A stretch of 64,000 bases of DNA, taken from the NCBI GenBank assembly GCA_965240325.2, contig OZ251223.1:4216001-4280000 (forward strand). The letters are read 5' to 3'. Each line of letters begins with the position of its first letter. The first letter of the stretch is position 1. The position numbers and the translations under genes were made by a program. The notes beneath the pieces are model-generated. The model was given only the letters and a program-made list of their open reading frames with translations. It did no database searches and had not been told where the DNA came from. This stretch comes from Rebecca billardiae RCC1528 (taxonomy: Eukaryota > Protista > Haptophyta). Below, one piece after another: positions 1-11,896 of this stretch.

Positions 1-268
1 GGGCGCGCCGATATTGGCACGCGGGTATCATCTTGCATTTGACATACGAGCGTCGGAGCAACCTCGCGCGGCCTCGGCGTCCCGGGTCCGAAGCCGACAG
101 AGAGCGAGAGCCCACGAGCCCGAGGGTCGCCCTCTTGCGGTCGGTCGCGCGACGAACGGCTCGCGTGCGGCGCCAGCGAGCAACGCGGGGCACGCGGCGG
201 GCGCACGCGCGAGGCTGCCCACCACGCGCACGCGCGCGAACCCGCCGGCTCGGGCGACACGCGCCGCC

Positions 269-733
269 TCAGCTCGAGCACGAGCGCGAGGCGTGGCGCC
301 GGCCCGGTCGGGCGGCGGCCGGGCTCGAGCTGCCGACTGCGCGCGACGAGCGCCCTCGCGTGCCGCATACGCGCAGGGCCGCCATCCACGCGCGAGCGCG
401 CGACTGCGTGCCTTCCACGAGCTGCAGCAGGCGGCCGCGGGTTGGTCGGCGGACGGCAAGGTCGGCGTCGAGTGCCGCCCGTCGGCGGCGTTTCGCTTGG
501 GCGCGGGCCACACTCTCACTCACAGCGCGGGGCGTGGTGCTGCAGACGGGACAGTCATTGCAGCGCGCATTCCGTGCCCAGACGTGCACACGCGCGCGCG
601 TCGTCAGCCCCGCCGCGGCGCCCCTGTGGCGCCCATGGCCGAGCGTCGGAATTCCGAGCTCGGGCCACCGGCCCGGCGTGCCATCGTGCGTTTCAGAAAC
701 AGGTTTCCAGCCCAAGTTGACGCGCAGCGCCAA
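269..733 (-). CDS. Possible 5' part of an unidentified minus-strand gene running off the left edge
   Basis: Open frame with coding-like stretch (ESVARAQAKRRRRAALDADLAV...WMAALR) followed by a gtatgc donor-like site near 370; no recognisable domain. Confidence 0.25.
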   Translation of the reverse strand: MALRVNLGWKPVSETHDGTPGRWPELGIPTLGHGRHRGAAAGLTTRARVHVWARNARCNDCPVCSTTPRAVSESVARAQAKRRRRAALDADLAVRRPTRGRLLQLVEGTQSRARAWMAALRVCGTRGRSSRAVGSSSPAAARPGRRHASRSCSS

Positions 734-910
734 ATAAGAGAGGTCCCGTCCGGATCCAAATGTGAAATGGCCGGATCGTCACACGCGTCCGCTTATTGCC
801 CTGTAACCGTCGCGCCCGGCAGGGCGTGTTTGACTGTGGCGCCAAGCCGGTGGTGCCGTCGTTCACAATGGCGGCCTGAAGGAAGCAGGAGGGAGTTCTT
901 GTGAGCCCAC

Positions 911-3900
911 ATGTCGGAGGCGGACAAGCAGGCGTGGCTCGCGTCGCTGTTCGGCGGGCAGGCGCCGTCCGCGCTCTCAAACGGCGCGCCGCCCGCGCGC
1001 CCCGGCCAGTTCTCCAACCTGCGCGGCCTGTCCGCGCTCGACGACGTGACGCTGGGCGCGCGCTCGAGCGGCGGGCCCGCCGCGCCCGACATCGGCCGCT
1101 CGCACTCGTTCGGCTCGTTCGCGCCGCGCACGGCGGTGCACCGCGCGGACAAGCTGCCCGCGCCCACGCTCGCCGACGCGGGCGCCAAGTCGCGCTCGCT
1201 CACCCTCTCGTGGGACTGGCGGCCGCCCGACGTGGAGGTGGGCGCGTACGGCTTCAAGATCGAGTGGCGGTCTGACGGCGAGGCGCGGGAGGGCGCGGCG
1301 CTGGAGGCGCCGCCGGCGAGGCACACGATCGGGGGCCTCGCGCCGAACACGCCGTACTACGTGCGCGTCGTCGCCGAGCGCGCGCCCGACGCGGACGGCG
1401 CGCCGGACGAGGCGGAGGGCGGCCGGCAGCCGAGTGCGCTCAGCTCGGCTGACGTGCGGCTGCTCACGCGTACGCGCGCGCGCGCACCGCGGCGCACCGC
1501 GGACGCCGAGGCGCGCGTGCGCGCGCGCGCGCGGCGCGGGTGGGTGTGCGCGCGCCGCGCGGCTGACCGCCCCGTGCCCTCCCTCGCGCCTCGCCGCGCC
1601 TCGCCACACCGCGCAGTCCCGGACGCGCCCCCGCCGCCGCAGGTGGTGGGCGTGAGCGCGCACAGCGCGACGCTGCGCTGGGCGGAGCCCGAGGGTGGGT
1701 GCGCGCGCTACAGCGTGTACGGGCCCGCCGCGCTCAACTTCGAGAAGGTGTACACGGGGTACGCCTCGGAGTGCGAGGTCACCGGGCTGCAGCCCTCCAC
1801 GCCCTACGCCTTCCGCGTCTGCGCGCTCAACGCCCTCGGCGCCGCGTCCGAGTTCTCGGCGGAGGCGGCGCTGAGCACAGCGGACGCCAGCGCGGCGCCG
1901 CCCGCGCCGCAGCTGGCGGGCGCGGACGAGGGCGGGCTGAGCGTGCGATGGGGCGCGGCGCCGGCGGGCGGGGCGGGCGAGCCCGCGCCGACGCTCGAGC
2001 TGCAGTACCGCGCCGTGCCCGCGCCCGCGCCCGGCCTCGCCGCGCCGCCGCCGCCCTCGCCGTGGGAGGCGCTTCCGCTGCCGAGCGACGCGCTGGCCGG
2101 CGGCAGCCACAGCGTGCGCGGCCTCGCGCCCAACTGCCCGCACGAGCTGCGGCTGCTGATGCGGCGCGGCGGCGGCGGCGCGGACGCGAGCGAGGCGCCG
2201 AGCGCGGTGCTCAGCGCCGCGACCGCGCCCGCCGTGCCCGGCACGCCGACGCTGCTCCCCGAGCGCGCCACGCCCGACACGCTCGCCATGCGATGGGCGC
2301 CGCCGGTGCGGCGCGGCGCGGCGCGGCGCGGCGCGGCGCGGCGCCGCCGCGCGCGCGGCGTGCGCGCTGCTCAGCGGCGCGCGGCGCGCGGCGCCCCCAC
2401 CCGCGCGTGCGCGCGCCGCCCCGTGCGCAGCCCGGCGGGTGCGAGTCGTACCTCCTCGAGATGCGCGAGCCCGACGCGGCGGAGGCGGAGGACCGTGAGT
2501 GGGCGCTCATCTACGAGGGAGCCACCGCCGGCTGCGAGATCTCGTATCTCGCGCCGGGCGCGGCGTACCTGTTCAGGGCGGCGGCGCTGGGCGAGGGCGG
2601 GGTGCAGGGGCGGTTCGGCGAGGTGGTCGAGTTCATCACGCCGCTCAACGAGGGCGAGCCGCCCGGCGGCGCCGGGCTGGTGCACGCGGCCGAGCCGCCG
2701 CTCGCGCAGAGCGGCCAGGGCGGCGCGCAGCCGCCGCCGCGCACGCCGCAGCCGCCGCCGCGCGGGCCGGAAGAATCGGCGGAGGGCGCGGCCAAGCCGC
2801 CCGGCGCGGGCGCGGGCTCGCCGGCAGGTGGCGGCGCGGCGCGCGGGCAGGGCCGGCACGCGCCCTCGCCCGCCACGCCCGCACCGCCGCGCGGCGCCGC
2901 CGCCGCCGCCTCGCCGCGCGCGGACGGCGCCGGCGCGCGCGCCACCCAGCGGCCGCCTCACACGCCGCAGCCCGCCTCGCCGCGCCGCGCCGCGTCGCCG
3001 CGCGCACCGCCGGCCGGCTCCACCTCGCCCGCGGCCTCGCCGCGCGGCGGCGCGGGCGGCGCGAAGCGCGCGCCGCCCGCGCCGGCCGAGCGGCGCGGCG
3101 CGGCGCCCACGCCGCCGACGCGGCACGCGCAGACCGCGCGGCCGGGCCGGCGGCCGGCGCCGCCGGCCGCGAGCGGCGCGGCGCGGCCCGCGAGCGCGCG
3201 CGGCGCGCCGCCCGCGCCGCCCGCGGGCGCAGGCGGGCGCAGGCGGCAGCCACCGCCGCCGCCGCCGGGCCCGCGGCCGCGCGAGGTCGTCGCCACGCCC
3301 GCCACGCCGCCGCGCCCGCCCGCGCCGCTCGCGCGCACCGGCTCGGCCTCGCGGCTGCTAGCGCCCACGCAGGCAACGCTGCACCGGCAGGCGCCGTCGC
3401 CGCACGCGCCGTCGACGCCGACGCAGCCGCACCCGCCGCCCACGCCGGGCGGCGGCGGCAGCGGCGGCGGCGCGGGGGCGCGCGCGCGGCGCCCGCCGCC
3501 GCGCGCGCCCGCCGACTCGCCGCGCGCGCAGCAGCCGCGCCCCGCCCCCGCCCCCGCCTCCGCCGCGCCCCACCTGCGCCTGCACGCGCTGCACGCCGCC
3601 AAGCTCGCGAGACTCGAGGCGGCGCACGCGGAGCGGGAGGCGGCCATCCTGGGGCTGGCCACGCCGCGCGCGAGGCGGCACAGCGAGGCGGGCGCGGGGG
3701 CGGGGCGGGCGCGCTCGCCGAGGCCGACCGCGGCGTTCGCCTCCGCCTCGCCGCGCGCCACCGAGCCGCACTCGGCGCGCGCGCCATCTGCCGCGGAGGT
3801 GCGCGCGGCGCACCGCACCGCACCGCACCGCACCGCACCGCGACGCGACGCGACGCGGCCGACGCGACGCGCCCCCCGCCCGCGCGTGCCGCGCGCGCCG

Positions 3901-4388
3901 CCGCCGCCGCCGCCCTCCGCCCCGCGACGGCGCAGGCGCCGCCGCCCGGCTCGTACGAGGTGGGCAGCGCGTTCCTCTCGGGGCGGCAGCTGCGCCGCGC
4001 GACCGTCGGCGCCTCCTCCGCCTTCCGCTCCGCCTCGCCGCGGCTGCACCCGCAGCTGCACCGCGCGGGCGGGCAGGCAGACGGGCCGGGGCCGGGCGCT
4101 TACGAGGCGGCGGGCGTGGGCTCGATCGCGGAGCGAACGCGGCCGCGGCGGCAGCGCAGCCCGCGCGCGCCGCTCGGCTCGTCCACGCCGCGCTACCTCG
4201 AGCTGGTCAGCAAGCACGCGAACGAGGTGCCCGGCCCCGGCAGCTACGAGCCCAACGCGGACGCGACGAGGGCCTCGCACGGCACGAGCGCCTTTGGGTA
4301 CACGACCGCGCCGCGCTTCGAGCCGCCCGCCTCGCCTCGCTCTGCAAAGGCCGCGGGCCCGTCGCCCGTCTACTACGCCCCACGCTGA
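911..4388 (+). CDS. Fibronectin type III repeat protein with Pro/Ala-rich linker and C-terminal SHIPPO/STPGR-like (PGPGxY) repeats
   Basis: Exons 911-1469, 1617-2305, 2431-3798, 3936-4388 (GT-AG introns restore frame). FN3 motifs LSW..GLAPNTPYYVRV, GLQPSTPYAFRVCALN, LAPGAAYLFRA; repeats PPPGSYE, PGPGAYE, PGPGSYEP, GPSPVYY. Confidence 0.8.
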
Positions 4389-5727
4389 GCCGTGTGCTCC
4401 TGGCTGAGAGGCGCGCGCCTACCTGCGTCCTCGTCGGGCGACGGGCTCGTGCCTGTATCGCGCTCGAGAGGAGACAGGGCTCAGGAGTCGCCAGTCGGCG
4501 GGACCAGCCACTAGACCCAGTGGACTACAGTAGACGACAGTGGACAGTATCGTCGTCTGACTCTAGGCTAGACATCAGTCTTGATATAGCAGTCGTGACT
4601 GCTCTGCTGCAGTCTGCTGCTGCTGCGGTCGTCGCCTGCTGCTCACTGGCCGTATAGACTATAGCCGCACAGCAGTGAGTCATCATCATCTGCAGTGCCG
4701 GCAGGCAACGCTGCACCAGCAGGCAACGCTTACGCTGCAGCCTGCACCGGCAGGCGGATCCGCAGTGAGACTGAGCCCCGCGGATCGTCGTCGGACCGAG
4801 CGAGTAAGAGTTCGTCGTCGGATCCTGCGCATGTGAGTTGTGACATATTGATTTCAAATCACGACGTACTGATCGGTACGTTAACGTGTCCGAGTCTGTC
4901 ACGGACTCACGGTGACACTGAGTAGTCATCTGCTGGGTCTGACACTGACAGCCCGATGACTCCGAGTCACGAAGAGTCGTGACGGACCCGCTGCTGGCCG
5001 CTGAGTCCCGCCCCGCGGGCTGGCCCGAGGCCGAGGCCCCCGAGCGAGGGCGAGTGAGCAAGTGACGCAGACGGCAGAGTGAGAGTCGGACGGACTCACG
5101 GAGTGTCCGCCGACGACCGACCGTCACCGACCGCGGCCGACCGCGTGACGACGCGGACGGTGATCGGACCGCGACGAGACCGTCAGACCGCCCGTGGGCC
5201 GTACAGAGAGTATAGCGCCCGTAGCGGCGGGCTCCGGAGCGCCTGAGGCTGAGTCCAATCCGGGACGGTCCGTCGGCCGTCGCCCGTAGTCCGCGCGCCG
5301 CATCAGTCATCAGACCGGACGAGTGCCAGTCGCGGGACCGACGACCGGACCGCGCCGGCGCCGGCGCGGTCCGCGCGCGTCGCGCGCGAGCCGCGCGACT
5401 ACGCCGACTTGACTCGACTCGGGAGGCGGCTGTCCCGGACGCAGCACTCGTGATATATCACTATAAATTCACTCCGGTTAGGCGTCACGGATCACTTCAG
5501 CGCGCCCGAGTCATCGTCGCGTCATCAGCACTCTCGATCCTCGTCAGACCTCAGGCTCAGGCCTCACTGCCCACGGTCCTCAGCCTCAGGCCTCAGCGGC
5601 AGCGGCAGCACTGCCAGCACTGCCAGCACTGCCACTTGCGCAAGCCAGCAGCCGGCTTGCTTGGTGCCAGCCAGTCACTATCAGTCAGCGTCGGACTCAG
5701 GACTCTCGAGTCCGCCTGCAGCTGAGC

Positions 5728-7242
5728 TCAGTTGTACTGCATGTACTTTGGCGTCGCAGAGAACTTGGCGTAGCCCTTGACCACCTTGTTCACCGCCTCG
5801 ATCATGTCCTTCTCGGTGATGGCCTTGCGGCGCGCGCGGATGGCAAACATCCCGGCCTCGATGCACACGGAGCGGATGTCTGCGCCCGTGCAGTTGGGGC
5901 ACAGCCGCGCGAGCAGCTCGTACCGGATGTCGCGCTCGCAGTTCATGCCCTTGGCGTGGATGGAGAAGATGTGCGCGCGCCCCTCGAGGTCAGGCAGCCC
6001 GAACTCCACCTTGCGGTCGAGCCGGCCCGGCCTGAGCAGCGCCGGGTCGAGCGTGTCGGGCCGGTTGGTCGCCATCAGCACCTTGATGTTGCCGCGCGAG
6101 TCAAAGCCGTCGAGCTGGTTGACGATCTCGAGCATGGTGCGCTGCACCTCGTTGTCGCCGCCCGCGCCGTCGTCGAAGCGCGCGCCGCCGACCGCGTCCA
6201 CCTCGTCGAAGAAGACGATGCACGCCTTCTTCGAGCGCGCGAGCTGGAAGAGCTCGCGCACCATCCGCGCGCCCTCGCCCACGTACTTTTGCACGAGCTC
6301 GGAGCCGATCACGCGGATGAAGCACGCGTCGGTGCGGTTGGCGACGGCGCGCGCGGCGAGGGTCTTGCCCGTGCCGGGCGGGCCGTAGAGCAGCACGCCC
6401 TTGGGCGGGTCGATCCCCAGCTGCGCGAACCGCTCGGGGTGCAGCATCGGCATCTCGACCACCTCGCGCAGCTTCTTGATCTGCTCCTTGCCGCCGCCCA
6501 CGTCGTCGTACGTCACGTCCGGCTTCTCCTCGACCGTCATCATCGTGACGGTCGGGTCGATCTGCGCGGGGCGCGGGCGGCGGGGCGGCGCGGGGGCGAG
6601 GGGCGCCGGCCGCGCGTCGGCGGGCCGGCACGCGCCGCCGCGCACCGCACCGCGCCGCCCCGCACACCTTTGGCGGCAGCGGGATCTGGATCTGGTACTT
6701 GTTGCGGTCCACGCCGACGCGCATGCCCTCCTCGATGTCGGTGGGCGCGACGCGGTCGCCGAGGCCGACGACGAACTTTGCGATCTGCCGCACGTTGATC
6801 ACGTACTTGGCGTCCTCGGTGTTCGGGCTGATGATCTTGGTGCAGCGCGCGACCTGCAGCGGCTGCTCCTCCTGCATCATCTGCTTGTCCTGCACGAGGT
6901 CCCACTGCGAGGGGGGCGCGAGGCCCGTGTCCGACTCCTTGATGCCGATCGTGGCCTCGATCTTCTTCATCAGCCCGTTGATGTCGTCCTGCGTCGTCTG
7001 GATCGACTTTGTGTATGGGCCGACGCCCTGCTCGCGCGCGCGCGGACGGCACGAGCGCGCCGAGGCGACGTCCCGCGCTGCCGCGTGAACGGCACGGAGC
7101 GGGGCCGCGCGCGCGCGGGCACGAGGTGCGCGGCGCATACGTAGGCCTTGAGCAGTGCGATGTCCGCCTCATCCAGTGGGCGGTGGTCCTTCGGCTCGTC
7201 GTCATCCGGCGCGTCTGGCGCGCCCACAGCACCGCTAACCAT
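5728..7242 (-). CDS. RPT1: 26S proteasome regulatory AAA-ATPase subunit 7 (RPT1/PSMC2)
   Basis: Introns 7028-7140 and 6562-6667; [17 protein letters not shown], Walker A GPPGTGKT, Walker B VFFDE, C-terminus [11 protein letters not shown]. Confidence 0.97.
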
Positions 7243-7350
7243 GGCGCGCCGCCGCCACCGCTGCCACTGACCACTTGCGCTAGACGAAAGCGGAAGGCTT
7301 GGCTGAGTCCGGGAGTGCAGGCCCCTACAGTCACGATGGCGGCTGGGCGT

Positions 7351-7437
7351 CCGCCCGCCAACTTGTCACCGCCCCATGAAGCCGTCGCCGATGGTAGCGC
7401 CGTCGGAAGATTCGTTCAGCCGTCCGCCTGCGAGGCC
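7351..7437 (+). repeat. Dispersed repeat family B, copy 1
   Basis: cgcccgccaac(t)tgtcaccgccc(c)atgaagccgtcgccgatggt shared with 13729-13830, and gccgtccgcctgcgaggcc shared with 30794-30887. Confidence 0.75.
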
Positions 7438-8874
7438 TGGATGAGGGCTGCGGCCGCCTCGCGGCGCGCCAGCGCCCGTCGTCCTCGCCCCATTGTCGTC
7501 CACAAAATGTCGTCGTCCGAACTCTCCGACCGTGGGCGCCGATGCGACAGCGCGCCGACAGGATGAGGATGTAGTACGGAATGTGGAGCCCCACTGTCGG
7601 TTGGGGAAGGCGTGTATCAAGCGGCATGACGGGGGTAGCATATCACACAGAAGGCCTGGCCCTCAGGTGATATGAGCCCCAGTGTGGCGTGTCGGCCTCA
7701 AAGCCGGCGGCAGGGTTCTGTTGCCCGGAGGGTCCGCTGTCTCACCAGCTGCGGGGGCCGGGGCGTCCGGCTGTTTGCGCTTGCGGGCTGGGGCCGGCAC
7801 TGGTGCCACCCCACCACTCGTGCTGGCCTGCATGTATGGCTGCTGCCGGAGGTCGGCCCCGGCGGGCTGCTCCCAGGCAGGCTGTGTCTGTACGCTGGGT
7901 GCGCGCGACGCGTCGTTCACTCGCTGGTGAGGAGCTGCAGCTGTGCCTGCGCCGCGCGTGCGACGCTGGCACAGCCTGGCAGACTTGCGCAGGGGCGGGC
8001 CTCAGGCACCGCAGGTGTCGGGCGTCTGACAGTATCGTTCATGCGGGCCGGTCATGCCGGACAGCAGAGTGCTTGTCGTGCCTGCTCATGTCGGCGGACG
8101 TCGGGTGGCGGAACGGGCTGACAGCTGGCGAATGGGATACTATCCGGCAACTCATGAACTGTACCGGCCGGGGAGGGCGGCAGAATGAGACAACATCCCG
8201 GATCGTCTCCCACGCTCGCGCATGATGGGGGTCCACGCCCACCACGCGCACAAAATCGTCGAGGGGATCACCTTCGAACAGTTCATGCTGCGAGTTTGGT
8301 GGGCTGGCTCTGCGCCTCCGGGGAGAGCATGCTTCCCATCTTCCCATGGGCTCTTGACGCGTATGTGGCGTCCCTACTAGTACTACCTCCTAATGGCCAG
8401 CCGTCAGGTTGGCGTCCCCTTGCAGTAGTAGACTACCTTGCTCAGGTCACTGAAGGGCACCGCCACCGTGACCGTGCATGGCGCTTTTCGCTGACCGTCT
8501 CACAGTGGCGGGGCACGTTCCGCGTTCGGCGGCTCACGTTTGGTGCGCGCAGGCCGGGCATGGGCAGCGGCCGAGCGGTCAGCAAACGAGCGGTGCCAGG
8601 CATGCACCTTGGGCACACATGTATGCCGGAGGCGCCTGCCGCGGGGCACACTTGCGCGGTGACCCACGAGTCTGACCTCAGGAGCCATGCCTCAGCACGC
8701 CCAGTGATTCAGGCCAGTGTGGCCTGCGGGCGGCACAACTGGGCCGCCACTTGGCCGCCGCCTTTGTCTCAAAGTGATGCCCTTATTGTGCTCAGGCGCG
8801 CATATTCACTCGGTGATATATGGCGCGGCGGATTCTGCCCAGCAGGCCCCTATAAGCTCTGCATGTATATTGTT

Positions 8875-8911
8875 AGAGAGAGAGAGAGAGAGAGACGAGA
8901 GAGAGAGAGAG
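8875..8911. repeat. (GA)n microsatellite
   Basis: Direct reading. Confidence 0.9.
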
Positions 8912-8931
8912 TAGCGGGCCCTACTCCAATA

Positions 8932-9122
8932 CTCCATCCCGGCCCCGCTCCCGTAGGCCCGGTAGCGCCGGGGCCGGGGGCCCGGAGGGCGGGCTGCGCG
9001 GCGGGTCCGGGTGGCGCACTGGCCCGTGCCCTGGTCGGAAGCCGGCGCGGACGCATTCTATGTGTCTGCTGCACTCTGAGCCTGACGCTTGCCGGTTGCA
9101 TACCACGTCGTTAAATATATAT
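8932..9122 (+). mobile_element. Repeat family A ((TA)n-tailed, 5'-truncated retroposon-like), copy a
   Basis: ggacgcattctatgtgtctgctgcactctgagcctgacgcttgcc..ccacgtcgttaaatatat shared with copies at about 23.7 kb, 24.0 kb, 24.2 kb and 30.4 kb. Confidence 0.75.
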
Positions 9123-9207
9123 GCTGGTGATCAACGCGGTCCGACGATTGGCCTATTGTGAGCCCTTGTCACCTGCGTGTTATAAGTCGCCAGTCGGCAG
9201 CCCGAGT

Positions 9208-9748
9208 TCAGCGTGCCGGCGGAGCTCTTGTTGCGGCAGCGCCGCGTTCTCGCGTGAGATGCTGCAGCGTCAATAGTTGCTGCTGCTGGTACGGCGAGAG
9301 TCCCTGCATCATCTCCGGCGTGAGCGCCATCACCTGCAGGGCGGAGGAGGGCGGCAGTCGGCGAACGCGGTCGTGGCGGCGCGGCCCGTGGGCGCACGTG
9401 CGCGCTCACCTGCTTGATGAGCTCGACGTGCTGGGGCTGCGTGGGCTTGGCGTCTACCTGCCCCGCGCTGGCCCTAGCGCCGTCGCCGTCCGGCCGAGCC
9501 GCGGCCGACGCCGCTTTGGCATCGCGCGCTGCGGCGTGCAAGGCCTCCTCATCCACGCTGCCCATCTCCAGCTGCGCGAGGAGGAGCGTCATGCCGAGCA
9601 ACGCGTCGGCAGCGAGCATCTCGTGCGCGGCCCGCTCGTCCGATTCGCATCGACGCTTGAAGTCAAGGAGCAGCTCGCGCCGCTCCGCCGTCGACATGCC
9701 TTCCAGCCTCCGTCGCGCCTCGCTCACGAGACTGGCATCATCCGCCAT
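9208..9748 (-). CDS. CstF-64/Rna15-like protein with hinge and C-terminal domain, no RRM (ESP1-like architecture)
   Basis: Intron 9334-9409; hinge-like LEGMSTAERRELLLDFK...LLLAQLEMG; CTD-like ELIKQVMALTPEMMQGLSPYQQQQLLTLQ. Confidence 0.7.
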
Positions 9749-9810
9749 CGTCCTCCGGGTCGGACCGTCGGAAAGCCGCGGGCACGCCTCCAAGGAGCGG
9801 CGAATCGGCA

Positions 9811-10857
9811 ATGGCGGCCCCCGCCGCCCCGGCCGGGGGAGGAGTCGTAGCGATGATGCTGTGGGTTTGGGATGGGCTACGAACGCTCCTCATCATGCCC
9901 ATCATGCACACGCTGGGAGGGTTCCTCACCATGGCCTTTGCTCCGCCCGGATCGTCGCAAGCGTGGCGGCGCGCCTGGTACGGCCGCTTCCGCCGCTGCC
10001 AGCCGAGCGACGTGGACGAGTCCTTCCTCGCGACCACGCGCCCACCGACGCTTGCGAAGCGGCCGCACGGGCTGAGCGTGCGCTCACTTGGCGCGAAGGG
10101 CGTGGCGATCATCGACGCTAACAACGTGCGGGGTCGCCTCGGCTTTTCCCGCGCGACGAATGCGCAGTTTGCCGCGGCGGTCGCGCGCTGGGCTGTGGAC
10201 GAGGGCCTGAGCAGCCGGGTGATCGTGGCGGTGGACCACGGGCCGTGCGCGTGTACGATGCAGTGCGGGGGCATTGTCGTCACGTTTGCGGGCCCGCGCG
10301 CCAAGGCCGACGACGCCATCGTCGACGACGTGCGCTGGCTCGCGGCCCATGGGCACGCGCCGCTTGTGGTCGTGACGTCCGACCACCCGCTGCGGCAGCG
10401 CTGCGCCTCGGCCTTCCGCGAGGGCGCGGCTCAGCTCGACAGCAGCGCGCGGGGCGCGCTGCCGGCGCGAGCGAGGCAGCGCGGTGCTGGCTTCCGCGCC
10501 GTCGACGCGACGTTGCTCGCCAATCGGCTCGAGCAGAGCGCGCTCAGCTCTGCGCGCCGCGCTCCGGCGGCTGGGTGGGAGTGGTGGGCCGCGAGTGCTG
10601 AGGCCGCGCAGACGGCCGGCGCCGCACACGCCGGCAGCCGGCGCCGCATGCGCGCGCAGATTCCGGCGAGCGAGTCGACTGCTGAGCGCGAGCAGCAGGC
10701 TGCCGCGCTTTTCGCTGACTTGGAGCTCCGATGCGCACGACGCTGTGGGCCGCAGAGCGGCGCCCTGCGCGGTGCCAGTGCTGCTGTCTTCGACGCCTCG
10801 CTGGGCAGGCCTGCTGATCGCTGCTACTTTTACAAGCAGCAGCGCATTGCGAGATGA
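9811..10857 (+). CDS. YacP/Rae1-like NYN (PIN-fold) RNase
   Basis: Motifs IIDANNV, VIVAVD, KADDAI, VVVTSD; true start may be a downstream Met. Confidence 0.75.
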   Translation: MAAPAAPAGGGVVAMMLWVWDGLRTLLIMPIMHTLGGFLTMAFAPPGSSQAWRRAWYGRFRRCQPSDVDESFLATTRPPTLAKRPHGLSVRSLGAKGVAIIDANNVRGRLGFSRATNAQFAAAVARWAVDEGLSSRVIVAVDHGPCACTMQCGGIVVTFAGPRAKADDAIVDDVRWLAAHGHAPLVVVTSDHPLRQRCASAFREGAAQLDSSARGALPARARQRGAGFRAVDATLLANRLEQSALSSARRAPAAGWEWWAASAEAAQTAGAAHAGSRRRMRAQIPASESTAEREQQAAALFADLELRCARRCGPQSGALRGASAAVFDASLGRPADRCYFYKQQRIAR

Positions 10858-11093
10858 ATGATGACGACGATGAACGACTGCTCACTACTACTGAAATCGA
10901 AGAGCGGCGCCCTGCGCGGTGATGCCAGTGCCGAGCCCAGTGCCGAGTGCGGCTGCTGTCACTTCGACGCCCGTCGCTGGGCAGGCCTGCTGAGTGCTGA
11001 TCGCTGCTGCATGCTACTGCTTTTACAAGCAGCAGCGCATTGCGACGAGATGAATGATGATGACGATGAACTGCTCACTACTACTGAAATCGA
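10754..11093 (+). repeat. Tandem duplication of the NYN gene 3' end; second copy expanded by micro-insertions
   Basis: agagcggcgccctgcgcggtg...ctgctcactactactgaaatcga occurs at about 10754-10900 and 10901-11093. Confidence 0.85.
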
Positions 11094-11167
11094 ATATGAC
11101 AGTCTGCTCGTCATCAGTTGAAGATGCGCGGGTGATGCCGGAACGGGAATCGGATGGCCGATCCAGC

Positions 11168-11896
11168 TTAAGACGAGCTAGCGCGCTCGATGATGAGGAT
11201 GACCTGGCCATTGCCCCCTGGCATGCCGTCCGCGTTGGACTGGATCGCGCCCATCACGTCTTCGAACGTCTGCTGCGCCGCGGACGCGCTGTCTGCGCTC
11301 GCCTGGCCGGGGGCTACCGGCAGCAGCTTCTTCTGCACGCTCGGCCTGCCCACGCCGCCGAGCATGACCTGCCACGCGGGGTAGGACATCGCCATCATGC
11401 ACGCGGTTGTCGCGCGGAGCACGTCGCCTGGTTCCACCTTGCCGTACGCCCCGCCACCCTCCGCCAGCTCGACGACCTCGACCCGGCCCGGCTGCGCCTC
11501 CTCGATCAGCATGCCCAGAGGCATGTCCAGACGCATCACCAGCAGCTCGGACGGGTCGGGCAGGACGGGCTCGAAGGTGCCGGTAAGCGGCGTCTCGGCG
11601 CCGTTCACATCGATCAGCGTGAGCGCGCCCCAAGGCTGGCGCAGCACGCCCTCCTCCAGCAGCGGCTGCACGTCGGCCGCGCTCGGCCGCGGCCGGTCCT
11701 CCTCAGGCAGGTTCTCAGCGCCATACAGCTCGGCAAGCTTGCGCCGCCGCTCCTCCGCGTCGCGCTCGGCGCCCTGCATCGTGGTGCACGCGCGCGCAGT
11801 CGTGACGGCCGGCGTGCATCGGCGATGCGCGGCGGTCACAACCACAAAGGCTTGCGTGTGGAGACAAAGTGCGCTCACGACGGCCACGGCCGCCAT
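11168..11896 (-). CDS. Putative plastid-targeted PDZ-like domain protein
   Basis: Signal peptide ending TQA-F followed by transit-like region; PDZ-like MPLGMLIEE...GKVEPGDVLRA. Confidence 0.65.
   Translation of the reverse strand: MAAVAVVSALCLHTQAFVVVTAAHRRCTPAVTTARACTTMQGAERDAEERRRKLAELYGAENLPEEDRPRPSAADVQPLLEEGVLRQPWGALTLIDVNGAETPLTGTFEPVLPDPSELLVMRLDMPLGMLIEEAQPGRVEVVELAEGGGAYGKVEPGDVLRATTACMMAMSYPAWQVMLGGVGRPSVQKKLLPVAPGQASADSASAAQQTFEDVMGAIQSNADGMPGGNGQVILIIERASSS

Noticed and set aside
5180-5300. Weak resemblance to 50370-50460
   Set aside because: Too degenerate to support homology by eye
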